Source: an uncultured Nitrososphaeraceae archaeon (GTDB taxonomy: Archaea; Thermoproteota; Nitrososphaeria; Nitrososphaerales; Nitrososphaeraceae). From it: a stretch of DNA of 64,000 nt. Shown here piece by piece: positions 1 through 11,382 of this stretch. The stretch lies in NCBI GenBank assembly GCA_963765895.1, contig CAVXZB010000047.1:1-64000 (forward strand), written 5' to 3'. A program made the translations under genes and the position numbers. Under the pieces are notes generated by a model. The model was not told the origin of the DNA and searched no databases. It saw nothing but the letters and a program-made list of their open reading frames with translations. How positions within the stretch are numbered: the first letter of the stretch is position 1; every line of letters begins with the position of its first letter.

Positions 1-157
1 ATGTATCTATCCAGGATTCCATAGGAAAGCAATAATAGCTAGCATAAATCTCTACCGAAATAAATCCTAGATTTATAGACCATTGAAATGGTGAAGGTTT
101 TCCCTCGTTCCATGAATATGAGTAACCAGAAGTTCCAACTTTTATTATTCCAGACAA
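1..157 (-). CDS. DUF72 family protein, N-terminal part (runs off window start)
   Basis: Manual translation from TTG at 157: MSGIIKVGTSGYSYSWNEGKPSPFQWSINLGFISVEIYASYYCFP; GTSGxSY..W and VEI.A.YY..P are DUF72 N-terminal motifs. Confidence 0.7.
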   Translation of the reverse strand, partial: MSGIIKVGTSGYSYSWNEGKPSPFQWSINLGFISVEIYASYYCFPMESWIDT

Positions 158-914
158 CTCTATATTCTAGATGAGATTAAGGTCTTATGAGTAATAACAA
201 TTATTTCTTTCTTCTAGAAGAATAGTGTATCATGTAATGAGTTTCTCCTAACCTAATGAAGGAAGAATTTAGATATAGCATCAAAGATAATTATAATTTT
301 TAGATATAGATAAAGGAGATATAAAAAAAGATATAAAAACTAAAGACGAATGAAAAAGATTCTAAAAGAATAATTCTGGGCTATCTGTTTGAAAATTGGA
401 TACCATAGAAGAATTAGGGCCCTATAGGCATGTGAAGTTATCGAAGTGTGTCAAAGCTGATAAAGATGTTCTAACCACAATCATTGAGAAATTTTTTTCT
501 TTAACACGGAAATATTCTAAAGTCAGTAGTGTTAATAGATAACTGTATACACGGACTAATGTTGAAAGTGCTTTTTATGTATGAACTAGACTAGTTTTAC
601 ATTTTTCATATTCCTTGCACTTTTGTTTTGTGACCCTACGAATATCTTTTTCAACAAAAAGAAATATTATAAATGCTAACATTAGCATTTATAATATTTT
701 TTAAATACAGATTTAAACTGAAGGGTTGCAGTGGCAAACTTTATCTAAAAAGATTAAGAAACTACATAGGAATAGTTTTCAGAAAGACAAATCTTTTGAA
801 AATGAATTGGTCTTAATCCAAATGTAGATTAGGCATATATTTTAGAAATTAGAATTCTCAGCATAATTAGTAGCAATAAATTCAGTATTAGTGTCCATCC
901 ATTCATTTTTTACT

Positions 915-1869
915 TCATTTAGACTGATTTTGTTGTTGTTGTTGTAATCCAGATGCCGAAGATCTAGACTGGGATTGTGGCAATTGGAAAAATGGGACTG
1001 CTCCTTGTCCACCTAAAGAAAATGGAGCTGTCCATTCCACCTATTGATTGCTTGCCACTGAAGATATTGAGGATCTTGTCTTAACTGCGATGTAATAATT
1101 TTAATTGCTTGTGATTCTCCACTAGCCTTTGCTATGTTAGCTTTAGCCTGTGCTTGAGCTTGTACAACTGTCTGGTTAGCTACTACTTGAATTCCTCTCA
1201 AATTATTCAATTCTGTCAAGTACTTTTGAAAAGCTACTACTTTATCTTCAACCTGATTAGAAAATGCATCAGAGAATTTAAAATCGGTAATAAATATTGT
1301 CTCTACTACTATGTCCTTAGCTGATAAAGAATTTCTTATCGTATTTGCTATAACATCCTTAACAATGGCTCTTTTTGTAATTAACTCCTCAGCGTTGTAT
1401 TTCGCTACGCTTGCTTTAACTGATTCTTGTATTGTAGGTGCGATTACTCTATCTGCATAGTCTGGGCCCAATTGTTGGTAAACCTTATTTACATCAGCAG
1501 GGTTCAGATGGTAATTTAACGCTATCACGGTTTGTACTTGTTGTAAATCATTTGAAGCTGCTGATGCTTCGGCTTGATATTTGAGTGTACGTACTTCTAA
1601 TGGTATGACCTGTTCCGCGAACGGTATTACGAAATGCACTCCTTCTCCAATACTCTATTCTCAACTGCGCCTAGATATAGAACAACTCCTCTATGTCCTG
1701 CCTGCACTATGACTACTGATTCAGATATTACTAAAATAATTACAATAAATGTCACAAGAGTTGCAATAATTACTAATTTCTTTGAACTTGTTACTAAATC
1801 TCTTCCTACAGGTTCAAGAGGTTCTCCTTCGGGTGTCTTATTATTTGATTTCTTGAAGGGATTTCTCAT
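915..1869 (-). pseudogene. SPFH/band 7 (prohibitin-like) protein, two single-base frameshifts
   Basis: TM + VQAGHRGVV, then (GEG)VHFVIPF and band-7 core; frames rejoin by adding one base near 1645 and near 1025 (tail LPFSLGGQGAVPFFQLPQ...QSK stop at 915). Confidence 0.85.
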
Positions 1870-2373
1870 AGCTTAATAATCTTCTTTAGTTAACCGCGTG
1901 ATACTAAATGTAAGATGCATACCTTCTGAGACATACCATCCATTTCTTGAATTCTTATTGCCGAATGTAACGAGGCTTCTAATGTCATCGACAATGATAT
2001 TCTAGAATCGATAGTAGATGACCTAATCGTAGATCTTTCCTTCTCTTGTAACGATGTACGCACGCTTGAGATATAATCTTGTAGTAGGGCTGAAAAATGA
2101 AAGAAGAGTCGATGTCATAGATAGTATTTTATAAATCATCATAATTAACTCTCGATTAACTTTGTTAATTCAGAATAATATCCATTATTCCTGTTATTCA
2201 ATCTTTAAAAGTACTAATATTCTAGTCAGCTATGGATTTTCTCATGCATAATTATTTGCCAAGAGGAATCAATTGCTAGATAATTTTTTATTTCTTTGTT
2301 TTATCTCTATGTAGAGCATGGTGAATATGTACTATTGTCAAGATGAATATTACTAGAAATGTACGCTCAATAC

Positions 2374-2508
2374 TTATGTGAAAGTATTATGACTATCATT
2401 TGCTTTTAGTTCTGTATTGCTAAGACCACATTCTTTACATTTGTAAATTATTGTATTTTCCAATTCCTTATTTCTTAGCATGTCTCCTCCGGAGCAAGCA
2501 CATTTCAT
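2374..2508 (-). CDS. 44-aa zinc-ribbon microprotein
   Basis: Manual translation MKCACSGGDMLRNKELENTIIYKCKECGLSNTELKANDSHNTFT (CxC...YKCxxCG). Confidence 0.6.
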   Translation of the reverse strand: MKCACSGGDMLRNKELENTIIYKCKECGLSNTELKANDSHNTFT

Positions 2509-2709
2509 GTCGAATATAACCCCTGATATTGTTACAAGTTTCGTAATATAAAATGAACCATTCTCTATATTAAGAATAATAATGTGATCTATAGGACTAT
2601 CGTCTACAGTAGTATCAGTACCGGAGCTGCAATTAAAGTATTATAATATATTAATGAATAGGACTAACCATAGGTGGAGCTGTAGTTGCAATGTTGCGTT
2701 CAGAATCTT

Positions 2710-2892
2710 TTAGAGATTTTTTTGAGCTTGAGCAATTATTCCTGCAACATAAGTGTCGATTCCTAAGAAGACAGCGATCTCCTCTTGGCTGTGATTTGCA
2801 ACGGATTTAACTGTAAATAATCCACAGCGTTCTAACAAATTCTTAAGACCAGGTGCAATACTTAAACATTGAATACTTGCGTTGTCGTTCAT
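2710..2892 (-). CDS. small helix-hairpin-helix protein (RadA N-terminal-like)
   Basis: IAPGLKNLLERCGLFTVKSVA..EEIAVFLGID pattern. Confidence 0.6.
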   Translation of the reverse strand: MNDNASIQCLSIAPGLKNLLERCGLFTVKSVANHSQEEIAVFLGIDTYVAGIIAQAQKNL

Positions 2893-3061
2893 AATTCTAT
2901 ATTTAGCTTTAAAATACTTAAAGATATTATAAAGTCTTCATATAATCTATATAGTTATGTTATAACACTATCAGGTTATTGGACATGATGCTAGAAAATT
3001 ATGCCCTTATAAAGATATAACCCTTGTTTACTAAATTAAAACGAAAGCCTTCGCTAATATA

Positions 3062-3220
3062 TTATCCCTGCCTCGGCTTCTCATTTTCATATTCATCAGC
3101 TACGCCGCCCTTCATTACTGATTTTTTTAACTTTCCTTCTCTTTCTAATTCTTTAACGACATCATTATCAGTTTTAATTTGTTGATTGTTAGTATTATCT
3201 AGATCTTGTTCATTATTCAT
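3062..3220 (-). CDS. 52-aa hydrophilic microprotein
   Basis: MNNEQDLDNTNNQQIKTDNDVVKELEREGKLKKSVMKGGVADEYENEKPRQG; SD-like GAGGTGG just upstream of the ATG. Confidence 0.55.
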   Translation of the reverse strand: MNNEQDLDNTNNQQIKTDNDVVKELEREGKLKKSVMKGGVADEYENEKPRQG

Positions 3221-3354
3221 GTTTTCCACCTCTAAATTGAGATAATCTCTATCATTTATATGACTTATTATTATAAAAGATTTGATATACTGCTCATATA
3301 ATGCTCAAGATTTATATTAATAAAAGGAAGAAAAATATGGTTTGAGATTAAAGT

Positions 3355-3498
3355 TTAGGTTAAAGCATCTTTTACCTTTACCTTGGCTTTGTTAAGAGTC
3401 TCTGAACTAGGTTTTCCTTCAATATGATCTCCCTCAGTCTGAATTTTTGCTTCTGCATCTTGCTCGGTATTTTTTACTTTCTTTGCAATATCTGTCAT
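3355..3498 (-). CDS. 47-aa LEA/CsbD-like hydrophilic microprotein
   Basis: MTDIAKKVKNTEQDAEAKIQTEGDHIEGKPSSETLNKAKVKVKDALT. Confidence 0.6.
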   Translation of the reverse strand: MTDIAKKVKNTEQDAEAKIQTEGDHIEGKPSSETLNKAKVKVKDALT

Positions 3499-3692
3499 AC
3501 TAGTTATTTATGGTATACATACTTTAATACTGTTATCAATGCCTCATTCTGTCAATTTTTTATTCCCATAATTTAAAAATATATTATACCCAGTTAGAGA
3601 TCAGTTATAACAATTAAAGTTATGTCAGAAACAATTTAAATAACGATATAATTATTGACAGTAATAAATAAGCGTTTTACTTTTTAATTAAT

Positions 3693-3797
3693 ATGATTGA
3701 GTTTGATAGATCTTTACTCTATATTATTCTTGGCACAGTTATATTGGTACTAGTTTTTTATTTTAAAAAACGGAAAGATCTTAATAGGACGACTTAA
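3693..3797 (+). CDS. 34-aa single-pass membrane microprotein
   Basis: MIEFDRSLLYIILGTVILVLVFYFKKRKDLNRTT: one TM followed by KKRK. Confidence 0.45.
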   Translation: MIEFDRSLLYIILGTVILVLVFYFKKRKDLNRTT

Positions 3798-4032
3798 TAT
3801 AACCAAGTGATATCATAATCAAAATCACGGAATGTCTTGTATATCTAATTCCAAATTGGAATGCAGTTACCCCGAATTTATAATATAATCACTGCATCAG
3901 ATCAATAGCTTGGATAATGAATCGCATGTACCCCGATGACGATGACGAATAAATTAGTTAGATCTTTTGAAAAAAGAAAGAAACGTTAAAGTCAAAATAT
4001 CGATATTATGATATCTTACATTCGTCCTTTAC

Positions 4033-4173
4033 TTATCCGCCGCCAGCCCCCATTCCTCCACCTGTTGATTCGACTTCTTGCTCTTGCAGCTCCTTGTCGA
4101 CTTTTGACTTTACTTTGGTAATTGGTTTAAGAGTCTCTTTCGTGATATCTTTTTCATCTTGTTGTTCTTCCAT
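4033..4173 (-). CDS. 46-aa acidic microprotein with Gly-rich C-terminus
   Basis: Second ATG of the ORF: MEEQQDEKDITKETLKPITKVKSKVDKELQEQEVESTGGGMGAGGG. Confidence 0.55.
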   Translation of the reverse strand: MEEQQDEKDITKETLKPITKVKSKVDKELQEQEVESTGGGMGAGGG

Positions 4174-4488
4174 ATTTGTATTAGGGTTACATTTTATATG
4201 AAGATCGTTTTTATTGAATCTTATTTTTCTATTCATATTGAGGGCTATATCATCAAGTGCTTTACTGTGCTTTGCATATCGTGCTGTTCGGCCTATGCGT
4301 AAATAGGTGATCTATAAGAACTTGAATTATATTTAAATTCCTATTAATTTGAACAGATTGGCAAAGCCAGTAGTACGGTAATATACCGCACTTTTGCCTC
4401 CCTCCCTCTCTTATAAGGACATGTCATATTATTAACATGTCAAGTTGAATATGATTTTGAAGGGATAATTCAGGGGGTTGAAACAAAG

Positions 4489-4887
4489 ATGATTAGTGGT
4501 TTGTTGGAAAAAGGAAAAAGAATAATGATAGTAGATGATGATAGTGATTGTACCTTCACTATCAAGACAGTCTTAGAGAGATATGGATTTAAAGTACATT
4601 CTTTTAATAATGCATATTTAGCACTGAGCGCATATAGGTCTAACTTTTATGATCTAGTGATCCTTGACATAATCTTGCCAGAGATGAATGGCTTTCAACT
4701 ATTTAGAGAAATTAAAAGGATTGATAAAAAAGTAAAGGTGTGTTTTCTTTCAGCTGGTCAACTGTGTTATGGCACATATTCCGATATCTTTTCTACGATA
4801 GATGCTAGCTATTTTATTCGGAAACCGATAGAAAATCAGAGTTTAGTACAAAAAATTGAAGAGATAATCGAGGTGAATTGTACCTGA
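4489..4887 (+). CDS. single-domain response regulator (receiver)
   Basis: IMIVDDD, DLVILDIILPEMNG, FLSA, IRKP motifs. Confidence 0.93.
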   Translation: MISGLLEKGKRIMIVDDDSDCTFTIKTVLERYGFKVHSFNNAYLALSAYRSNFYDLVILDIILPEMNGFQLFREIKRIDKKVKVCFLSAGQLCYGTYSDIFSTIDASYFIRKPIENQSLVQKIEEIIEVNCT

Positions 4888-5098
4888 CTTGATACAACTA
4901 AGACATCTATAATCAAATTAATATTCAAAGTACAGTAGTCTATTTATTCATATATATTTTGATTTCGTAGAGCACGCCTACATACTGAGAAACCACTTGT
5001 GTATTACTTCTACTGATCATCTGTTGAATCGTTATGGAGGTTGTAAGAAAGCAAGACAGAAGTTAATAACGTTATATGAAGTTCAATTTTAGTATATG

Positions 5099-6127
5099 TT
5101 ATGTAGTAATGCCTTGTCCAACTATTCTTATTCCAGAAGTATCTAGCTTTAGTAATAGAAATATTTGATTCTGAACATAAACAACAGACTTTTCGGGAAC
5201 AATTTCAATGACCTTGATATTATGATCGTGACCATCATTAGTTATTCTTTTTATTTTTACTGGTTTGATCTGGAGTCCAATTGCCAACATATAGTTCTGG
5301 TCTTCTAAAACTTGTCCTTTAAAGAATGAATTTCTTTTAAATTTTGTAGTAAGTATATTTTCATTTGTGGCAACTTTTATCATACTGTCACCTGTATCTG
5401 TAAACGTGGAACATAGTACGTCACCTCTAGATATCCCATCAGCTGTAATTCCTTTAATTGCTAGTCCAACCCTTGCCGGAGTTATGGACTCCTCAACTGG
5501 CGTATCATGCATTTGAATTGATTTGACTGTGATATTAATATCCATAGGCATAATTCTCAGTTGATCATGAACTCTGACAATTCCTCGTCTTATAACACCC
5601 AATACAACCGTTCCAACACCCTTGACGTCAAATGCATGATCAATTGATATAAATATGGTTCGTGTTTCGGTAGACTCAGGTGGCTCCAACTCAGGGCCAG
5701 CTTTCTCATCGCTGTTAAATGATTTTTTTGGTTCTATTAAAGATAATTCTTGTTTTAGTTCCTCGTAATTATTCATAAATTTAAAATCTTTTATACTTGT
5801 ATTTTGTATTAGTAACCTTATTTTTTCTTCATCAATATCATAGGAATGAAGGATAAAGCCATTCTTAAAATTGACCGAATCTAACGCAACAATCTGCTCA
5901 CCTAAATTCTTGTCAATTTTTGTAATATTTAAAAGTGCATATTCTGACATATTTATGGCCTGAATTAATGACTGTATTTTCTCTGGATATGTTAAAGGTA
6001 CTGTAAATGTATAAATCCTGTCTGACGTCTTTTTGTCATAAATTGAAATATCCGTAGTCGTTCCTTTTTTTCCCAATTCACCGGCTATTGCACTGTCCCC
6101 GAGTATTACAAAGTTTATGCTTTTCAC
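5099..6127 (-). CDS. archaeal SelB-like/EF-Tu-domain translation factor with degenerate G domain (aSelBL-type)
   Basis: IDHAFDVKGVGTVVLG and VKSIQMHD EF-Tu domain II motifs; no canonical P-loop. Confidence 0.85.
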   Translation of the reverse strand: MKSINFVILGDSAIAGELGKKGTTTDISIYDKKTSDRIYTFTVPLTYPEKIQSLIQAINMSEYALLNITKIDKNLGEQIVALDSVNFKNGFILHSYDIDEEKIRLLIQNTSIKDFKFMNNYEELKQELSLIEPKKSFNSDEKAGPELEPPESTETRTIFISIDHAFDVKGVGTVVLGVIRRGIVRVHDQLRIMPMDINITVKSIQMHDTPVEESITPARVGLAIKGITADGISRGDVLCSTFTDTGDSMIKVATNENILTTKFKRNSFFKGQVLEDQNYMLAIGLQIKPVKIKRITNDGHDHNIKVIEIVPEKSVVYVQNQIFLLLKLDTSGIRIVGQGITT

Positions 6128-6378
6128 TAATTGACCTTATTCATTTCATTTTTCTACAAATAAAATTGTTGTTATTCGTATATTCTTGGTAATTGTCAAT
6201 ATTCATTTTTATATTGGTATTTTGGTGGGTGCTTGGCTTGGAGTTATTATTTAAATATTACTATAATTGAAACAATTGGTAATGATCTGTGTAACACGAT
6301 ATATTACTTATCTACATGTTCTCAAATTTTGTAAAGATTCTTTGTAACAATGCAAATATATGTTGATTAAAGAAGTAT

Positions 6379-6804
6379 ATGATAGTGAAACCTTCAGATA
6401 TCCGACCTCCATTCGATGAAGGAAAGGCAAAGCTAAAGGTAAAATCTGCAGAAAAGGCCTGGAATACATGCAATCCTGAGCTGGTAGCTCAAGCATATAC
6501 TGAAGACTCAGTCTGGCGAAACCGAACAGAGTTTTTCTCCGGAAGAATTAATATTATAAAATTCTTAACACGCAAATGGGCTAAAGAACTAGATTATTGT
6601 CTAATGAAAGAATTATGGTGTTATACAGGGAATCGTATTTCAGTGCGTTTTGAATATGAGTGGAGAGATGCGGACAATCCCTCTCAATGGATGCGTACAC
6701 ATGGTAATGAACATTGGGAGTTTGATGAGGATGGTTTGATGCGTAGACGTGATATGAGTGCCAACGATTACCCAATCAAGGAATCAGAACGCCGTTATAA
6801 GTAG
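6379..6804 (+). CDS. DUF1348 family NTF2/SnoaL-like protein
   Basis: AEKAWNTCNPE, WRNRTEF, KELW, GNEHWEFD..GLM.RR..S.ND. Confidence 0.92.
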   Translation: MIVKPSDIRPPFDEGKAKLKVKSAEKAWNTCNPELVAQAYTEDSVWRNRTEFFSGRINIIKFLTRKWAKELDYCLMKELWCYTGNRISVRFEYEWRDADNPSQWMRTHGNEHWEFDEDGLMRRRDMSANDYPIKESERRYK

Positions 6805-7633
6805 TAATAGAATAATGGGTAGAGGCATTGAAAATTTTCTATCCTGTTCAAGAATGTATTTTTTGGAAGGCTATTTTAAGCTGTTACAGCTAATTTGTTT
6901 AATATGATGGAAAGGGAATTTTAGAATTCGGATAACATGTATAAAAACCAAAAAAGTTGAGACTATCCCCGGTATAATAAAGCCTTGGATAAACATTTAA
7001 GGAGAAAATTAGAGAGGCGGCATATTAAATGAGGGACTTTGGATTTAGACACCGGACCGGCAACTTAAGTGTTTCAACTTGCCAATATGGGCTTGAGTCT
7101 AAGCTTCTGATATTCTGGAGCTCCAATTATTGCAGCAAGGAAAATAATTGGTAAAAACAAAAATGATGACACAAAAAACGAAAAATTTACTCTATTGCCC
7201 AAGACATCGTTTGTAAATATAATGATGAAGATTTGAAAGAAATACGTATAACAAGGAGTTACTCCAATATCCTCATCCACTTAATACATTTACGATTATA
7301 TTACTATCGACTATTACACGTATTATTTGTCTCGTTTCAGCATCCCACAGTCAATTTATTCATAACATATTTAGAAAGAGATCACATAACTATATCCGAA
7401 AATTAACGTTCAGAGTACAAGTCATCTAAATAACACTAAATAAAACAAAAATGATAATGTATGCCGCATTTATTGATAAATCATAAATAAAGTTACTAAA
7501 CGACTTATTATGACGGATCAGGAAGATTTAATCTATTTAATATCAGCTGAGCTATTATTTCTTTGATTAGTGCGATATTATTACTTGATTTGGATATCTT
7601 TATCTACCTTTTTGGCTAAGATGAGAGTAACAT

Positions 7634-8179
7634 ATGACGACTAGGAAAGAAGACACAAATACAAGTGACCATATTGATGGGAATAACAATGTTACGGTAA
7701 ATCCTGATGACAATTATCGCAATAGTAAACGGTTGATTAATAAAACGTTTGAGAAAGCTAAGGATAACATTCGAGTTGCAACTGATGAAGCACATAGACA
7801 GCTTCCAAGATACATGCAGACAGTTACCGATAATCAGGAGCAAATAGTTCAGGCTGCAAGAGGGATAGCGGAGAATTATCTAGAATCTCAAAAAGAAATA
7901 ACAAGTTCTTTTCAAACGGCATGGAGTTCATTCTTTGACAACTATTTCTGGAATTCGCCTAAACGAATGACAGAAACTTATGCTAGAGTAGTAAGCAGTT
8001 TTTCAGATGGTACTATAGCAACAATTAGAATGTACAATAATATGATCTTTACAAATACTGGTGCTATCGGCATGTCTATGCAATATGTCAAGGACAATAC
8101 CCAAGAAATGTCTAGGGTATTAGTAAACAATGCAAAAATGATAGAAGAAGCAACAAATCCATATCCTATCAAGGTCTAA
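7634..8179 (+). CDS. all-helical hypothetical protein (phasin-like, Nitrososphaeraceae family)
   Basis: Amphipathic helical pattern ENYLESQKEITSSFQTAWSSF; similar to 52628..53209. Confidence 0.6.
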   Translation: MTTRKEDTNTSDHIDGNNNVTVNPDDNYRNSKRLINKTFEKAKDNIRVATDEAHRQLPRYMQTVTDNQEQIVQAARGIAENYLESQKEITSSFQTAWSSFFDNYFWNSPKRMTETYARVVSSFSDGTIATIRMYNNMIFTNTGAIGMSMQYVKDNTQEMSRVLVNNAKMIEEATNPYPIKV

Positions 8180-8747
8180 ATTGAGGGTGATTACAATAGC
8201 AAGCATAGCAGACTCATTATCATATTATTTTATCAAGAACATTCTAATCCCTTTTTAATTCTTCATTTTATTGATCAAATAATCTAATTAACATAGCATC
8301 AATATTGATGTTCCGAAAATTGTAATCGTAGCTATTAGTCATGCGGCTCTAAATACGAAATCCATTCTAGATCCTATGTATTCGAAATTGAACTAATTAT
8401 CGAGCAATTTTACTTACTAGTTAGATAAAATTTCGTATCTTGTAAACTGCATTAACTGTTAATAGTTTATTATCACTTAATTATAATTATAGATAACTAA
8501 AATAGATTTAATGTAATTACTCCTGTCCTACGTACCAATCTAATGTTAAAGATTATTCATGATTAAATCTTGTAGTCTGCAGAATTAACATTGTTATCTA
8601 AAGGTTATATCTATTAGTAACGAATAATATGATGTATAATATACGCTTATATCATACGGCTAGTCCAATAGATGTATATACAAAAATGTAGCATCTTCAT
8701 CCAAAATAGACAGAATACCGACAACGAAACTGAGAAGCAATCTCACT

Positions 8748-10079
8748 ATGGGGATAGAACTGAAACGTGGAGAATATAATGATCCATTTTTCGATAAAAA
8801 AGTTGAAACTGCTATAGAGGGACTTAAACCAGACTGTTATAAGCAAATTTACAAAATATCGCAGGATAATGCTTTGACTGTTGCCAATTATATATTATCA
8901 ATGAAATCCGAAATCGATCCAGCAAATAACTACCGAAGAGATAATATCACATTATTGGCCAGGTTTTCTATATTCCACCACAATAAAGCATTCAGACATG
9001 TAATAAGAGACGATATCTTATCATTCCTAGACAGCCTTCGTAAACCTGAAGCCGCTGACCCTCTACATAAATGGATAGGAACTTATAATCTATTTAGGAC
9101 ATATTTGTTCAGATTCTTTAAGTGGTTGTATTACCCAGATATAGAACCCGATAAACGACCTAAACCAACAATAATTGAAAATATTCTCCAATTAAAAAGA
9201 AAAGAAAAATCAATTTACAAGCCTACTGACTTGTGGACTGCTGAGGACGACCTTTTATTCTTAAAATACTGTCCTTCAAAAAGGATAAAATGCTTCCATA
9301 TGATGGCTTATGATACTGGCTGTAGACCACATGAACTATTGAAATTAAGAATAAAGGACATTATATTCAAGTCTGCGGGTAGCAGACAGTATGCTGAGGT
9401 ATTAGTTAATGGAAAGACAGGGAGCAGACACATACCTTTGATAGACTCAATACCATATGTAAAAGATTATCTTGACTATGAGCATCCGCAGCCTAGCAAT
9501 CCAAATGCGATATTTATTTCTGGTGTTGGAAAAAGTATTGGCAGGTCGATCGACTCACATTCTATTTCACTCATCTATAATGCGTATAAAAGAAACTCAT
9601 TTCCAAAATTACTACAAAATCCAAATATCCAGTCAGAAGATAAACCAAGGATTAGAGAGTTATTAAAGAAGCCATGGAATCCGTATATAAGAAGGCATAG
9701 TTCATTAACAGAGAAATCCAAGATATTAAAGGAACATACATTACGCCAATTTGCAGGTTGGACTACAGGTTCAAATATGCCACAAAAATATCTTCACTAC
9801 TTTGGAAATGAAGCCTCGGAATCTTTGTTGGAAGCATACGGAATAATTACCAAAGACCAGAATTTGAGTGATGCACTCAGACCAAAACAGTGTCCCAACT
9901 GCAACGAACCTAACAAACCAGATAGCAAATTCTGTGCTAAATGTAGGATGGTTCTTACATATGATGCATATGAAGATGCAGTAATTGATATGCAGGAAAG
10001 AGATGATGCATTGACTACCTTATCAGACCAAGTTATGAAACTCATGGCAGAAGTAAAGGAACTAAAGCAGAAAAATTAA
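8748..10079 (+). CDS. tyrosine recombinase/integrase with C-terminal zinc ribbon
   Basis: TGCRPHE (R), GKTG (K), PYIRRH, AGW, QKYLHY (Y); CPNC..CAKC; coiled-coil tail. Confidence 0.92.
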   Translation: MGIELKRGEYNDPFFDKKVETAIEGLKPDCYKQIYKISQDNALTVANYILSMKSEIDPANNYRRDNITLLARFSIFHHNKAFRHVIRDDILSFLDSLRKPEAADPLHKWIGTYNLFRTYLFRFFKWLYYPDIEPDKRPKPTIIENILQLKRKEKSIYKPTDLWTAEDDLLFLKYCPSKRIKCFHMMAYDTGCRPHELLKLRIKDIIFKSAGSRQYAEVLVNGKTGSRHIPLIDSIPYVKDYLDYEHPQPSNPNAIFISGVGKSIGRSIDSHSISLIYNAYKRNSFPKLLQNPNIQSEDKPRIRELLKKPWNPYIRRHSSLTEKSKILKEHTLRQFAGWTTGSNMPQKYLHYFGNEASESLLEAYGIITKDQNLSDALRPKQCPNCNEPNKPDSKFCAKCRMVLTYDAYEDAVIDMQERDDALTTLSDQVMKLMAEVKELKQKN

Positions 10080-10241
10080 GCACCTCTGTCCCCCTTCTGT
10101 AGCTCAATAAATACAGAATTCCCATTTTTTTATAGGTACTGTCATTGATCTCACAGATAGATGGACAGCCGTTTGTTTTCTTAATCTGCTCATTTAGTCG
10201 GACTATGTGATAAGGTCAGAACAGATAAGGTAAATCAACGG

Positions 10242-10739
10242 TCAGTAGAAATTCATAGTTTTAAAAGTTCTGATCGGCCAGCGTTCAAACTGCGCATACA
10301 TTTCATCAACTAGATTGATGAACATCTTATCCATAGATATCTCCTTGATACCACTTTTCTGTTCGTCCGTTAAGATTCCACCTATTGAGGACACAATTTG
10401 GAATACAAGATTGTAAAGGCGTTTTCTCCCGCCAAACTGTCTTTTTAATTCCGAATCAATCAGGGATTGAGTATGCCCGATGAAAACATCAGACCCTCTA
10501 TCAAGAATATCAAACTCCTGCTTTCTATGACTTTGAATGTGTGTTGCAATAGCTTTTTTCTTATTTCTATCTAGGTACATTTCAATCTTAAATTGCGGAT
10601 TCAATATTTCCAATACATCTGTCCTTTTTGTGTTTACTTCAATAGTGGTACGTTTAATATATTCGTCAATATGAATATGTTGCAGCTCGAATTTCTCTCT
10701 TAATGAAAGTAGGAGGGTGATATTAACAATAAACTGCAT
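10242..10739 (-). CDS. hypothetical protein (start uncertain)
   Basis: 165-aa ORF with protein-like composition, no motif recognised. Confidence 0.45.
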   Translation of the reverse strand: MQFIVNITLLLSLREKFELQHIHIDEYIKRTTIEVNTKRTDVLEILNPQFKIEMYLDRNKKKAIATHIQSHRKQEFDILDRGSDVFIGHTQSLIDSELKRQFGGRKRLYNLVFQIVSSIGGILTDEQKSGIKEISMDKMFINLVDEMYAQFERWPIRTFKTMNFY

Positions 10740-10760
10740 TCAAATTCTTAGCAGTCATAT

Positions 10761-11336
10761 TTGCTTCTGAATGCAGTTAGAACATTTCAGCAATTAAGCA
10801 GTGATATATCGGAGGAATCTAAAATGTTAGAAGAATGTCGTTCATCTTACAGAAACGAGCACTTTGAGCTGTCTAAATTACGTATAGAAAAAGTAAATCT
10901 AGAATCTATCGTCAAGCAAATTAAGAATAATGATGAAGGCTATCTCAAAGTCAAAGACATAGTCAAGCGTGCAGTTGAGGACATTTTTACTAATTACAGA
11001 TATCTACTGAATCTAGCCTTTCAATCAGTTATCGATTCATGCCGAAGTGATCCTAGTAAATTTAATATTCTGTATTACAATTTACCAGCAGATACAATGG
11101 AGACGCCACTAACCCTATCCAATTGGAGCAATCAATACAATTATGGATTATCTGCTGATGAAAAGTTGTCTTATCGATATAGTAATGTTTATGCGAGGTT
11201 TCTACTGGATGAGGCAGAGCAATTCTTCAACAAGAGGGTAAAAGAGTTAACACAAGTATGTATTAGTCGATTAGCTGAATTGTGTATTTCTGAATCAACA
11301 TCACCGCAATTGACTACAAAGTCATATTTAGAATAA
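10761..11336 (+). CDS. coiled-coil hypothetical protein, probably a C-terminal fragment
   Basis: Heptad-rich 191-aa ORF near the integrase. Confidence 0.5.
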   Translation: MLLNAVRTFQQLSSDISEESKMLEECRSSYRNEHFELSKLRIEKVNLESIVKQIKNNDEGYLKVKDIVKRAVEDIFTNYRYLLNLAFQSVIDSCRSDPSKFNILYYNLPADTMETPLTLSNWSNQYNYGLSADEKLSYRYSNVYARFLLDEAEQFFNKRVKELTQVCISRLAELCISESTSPQLTTKSYLE

Positions 11337-11382
11337 GAAATTATATTGTATACTTACATGCATACGAAAACGAGAAAGTAGC

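Noticed and set aside
8560-10240. att sites flanking the integrase
   Set aside because: No direct repeat or tRNA was found by eye; element boundaries cannot be set.
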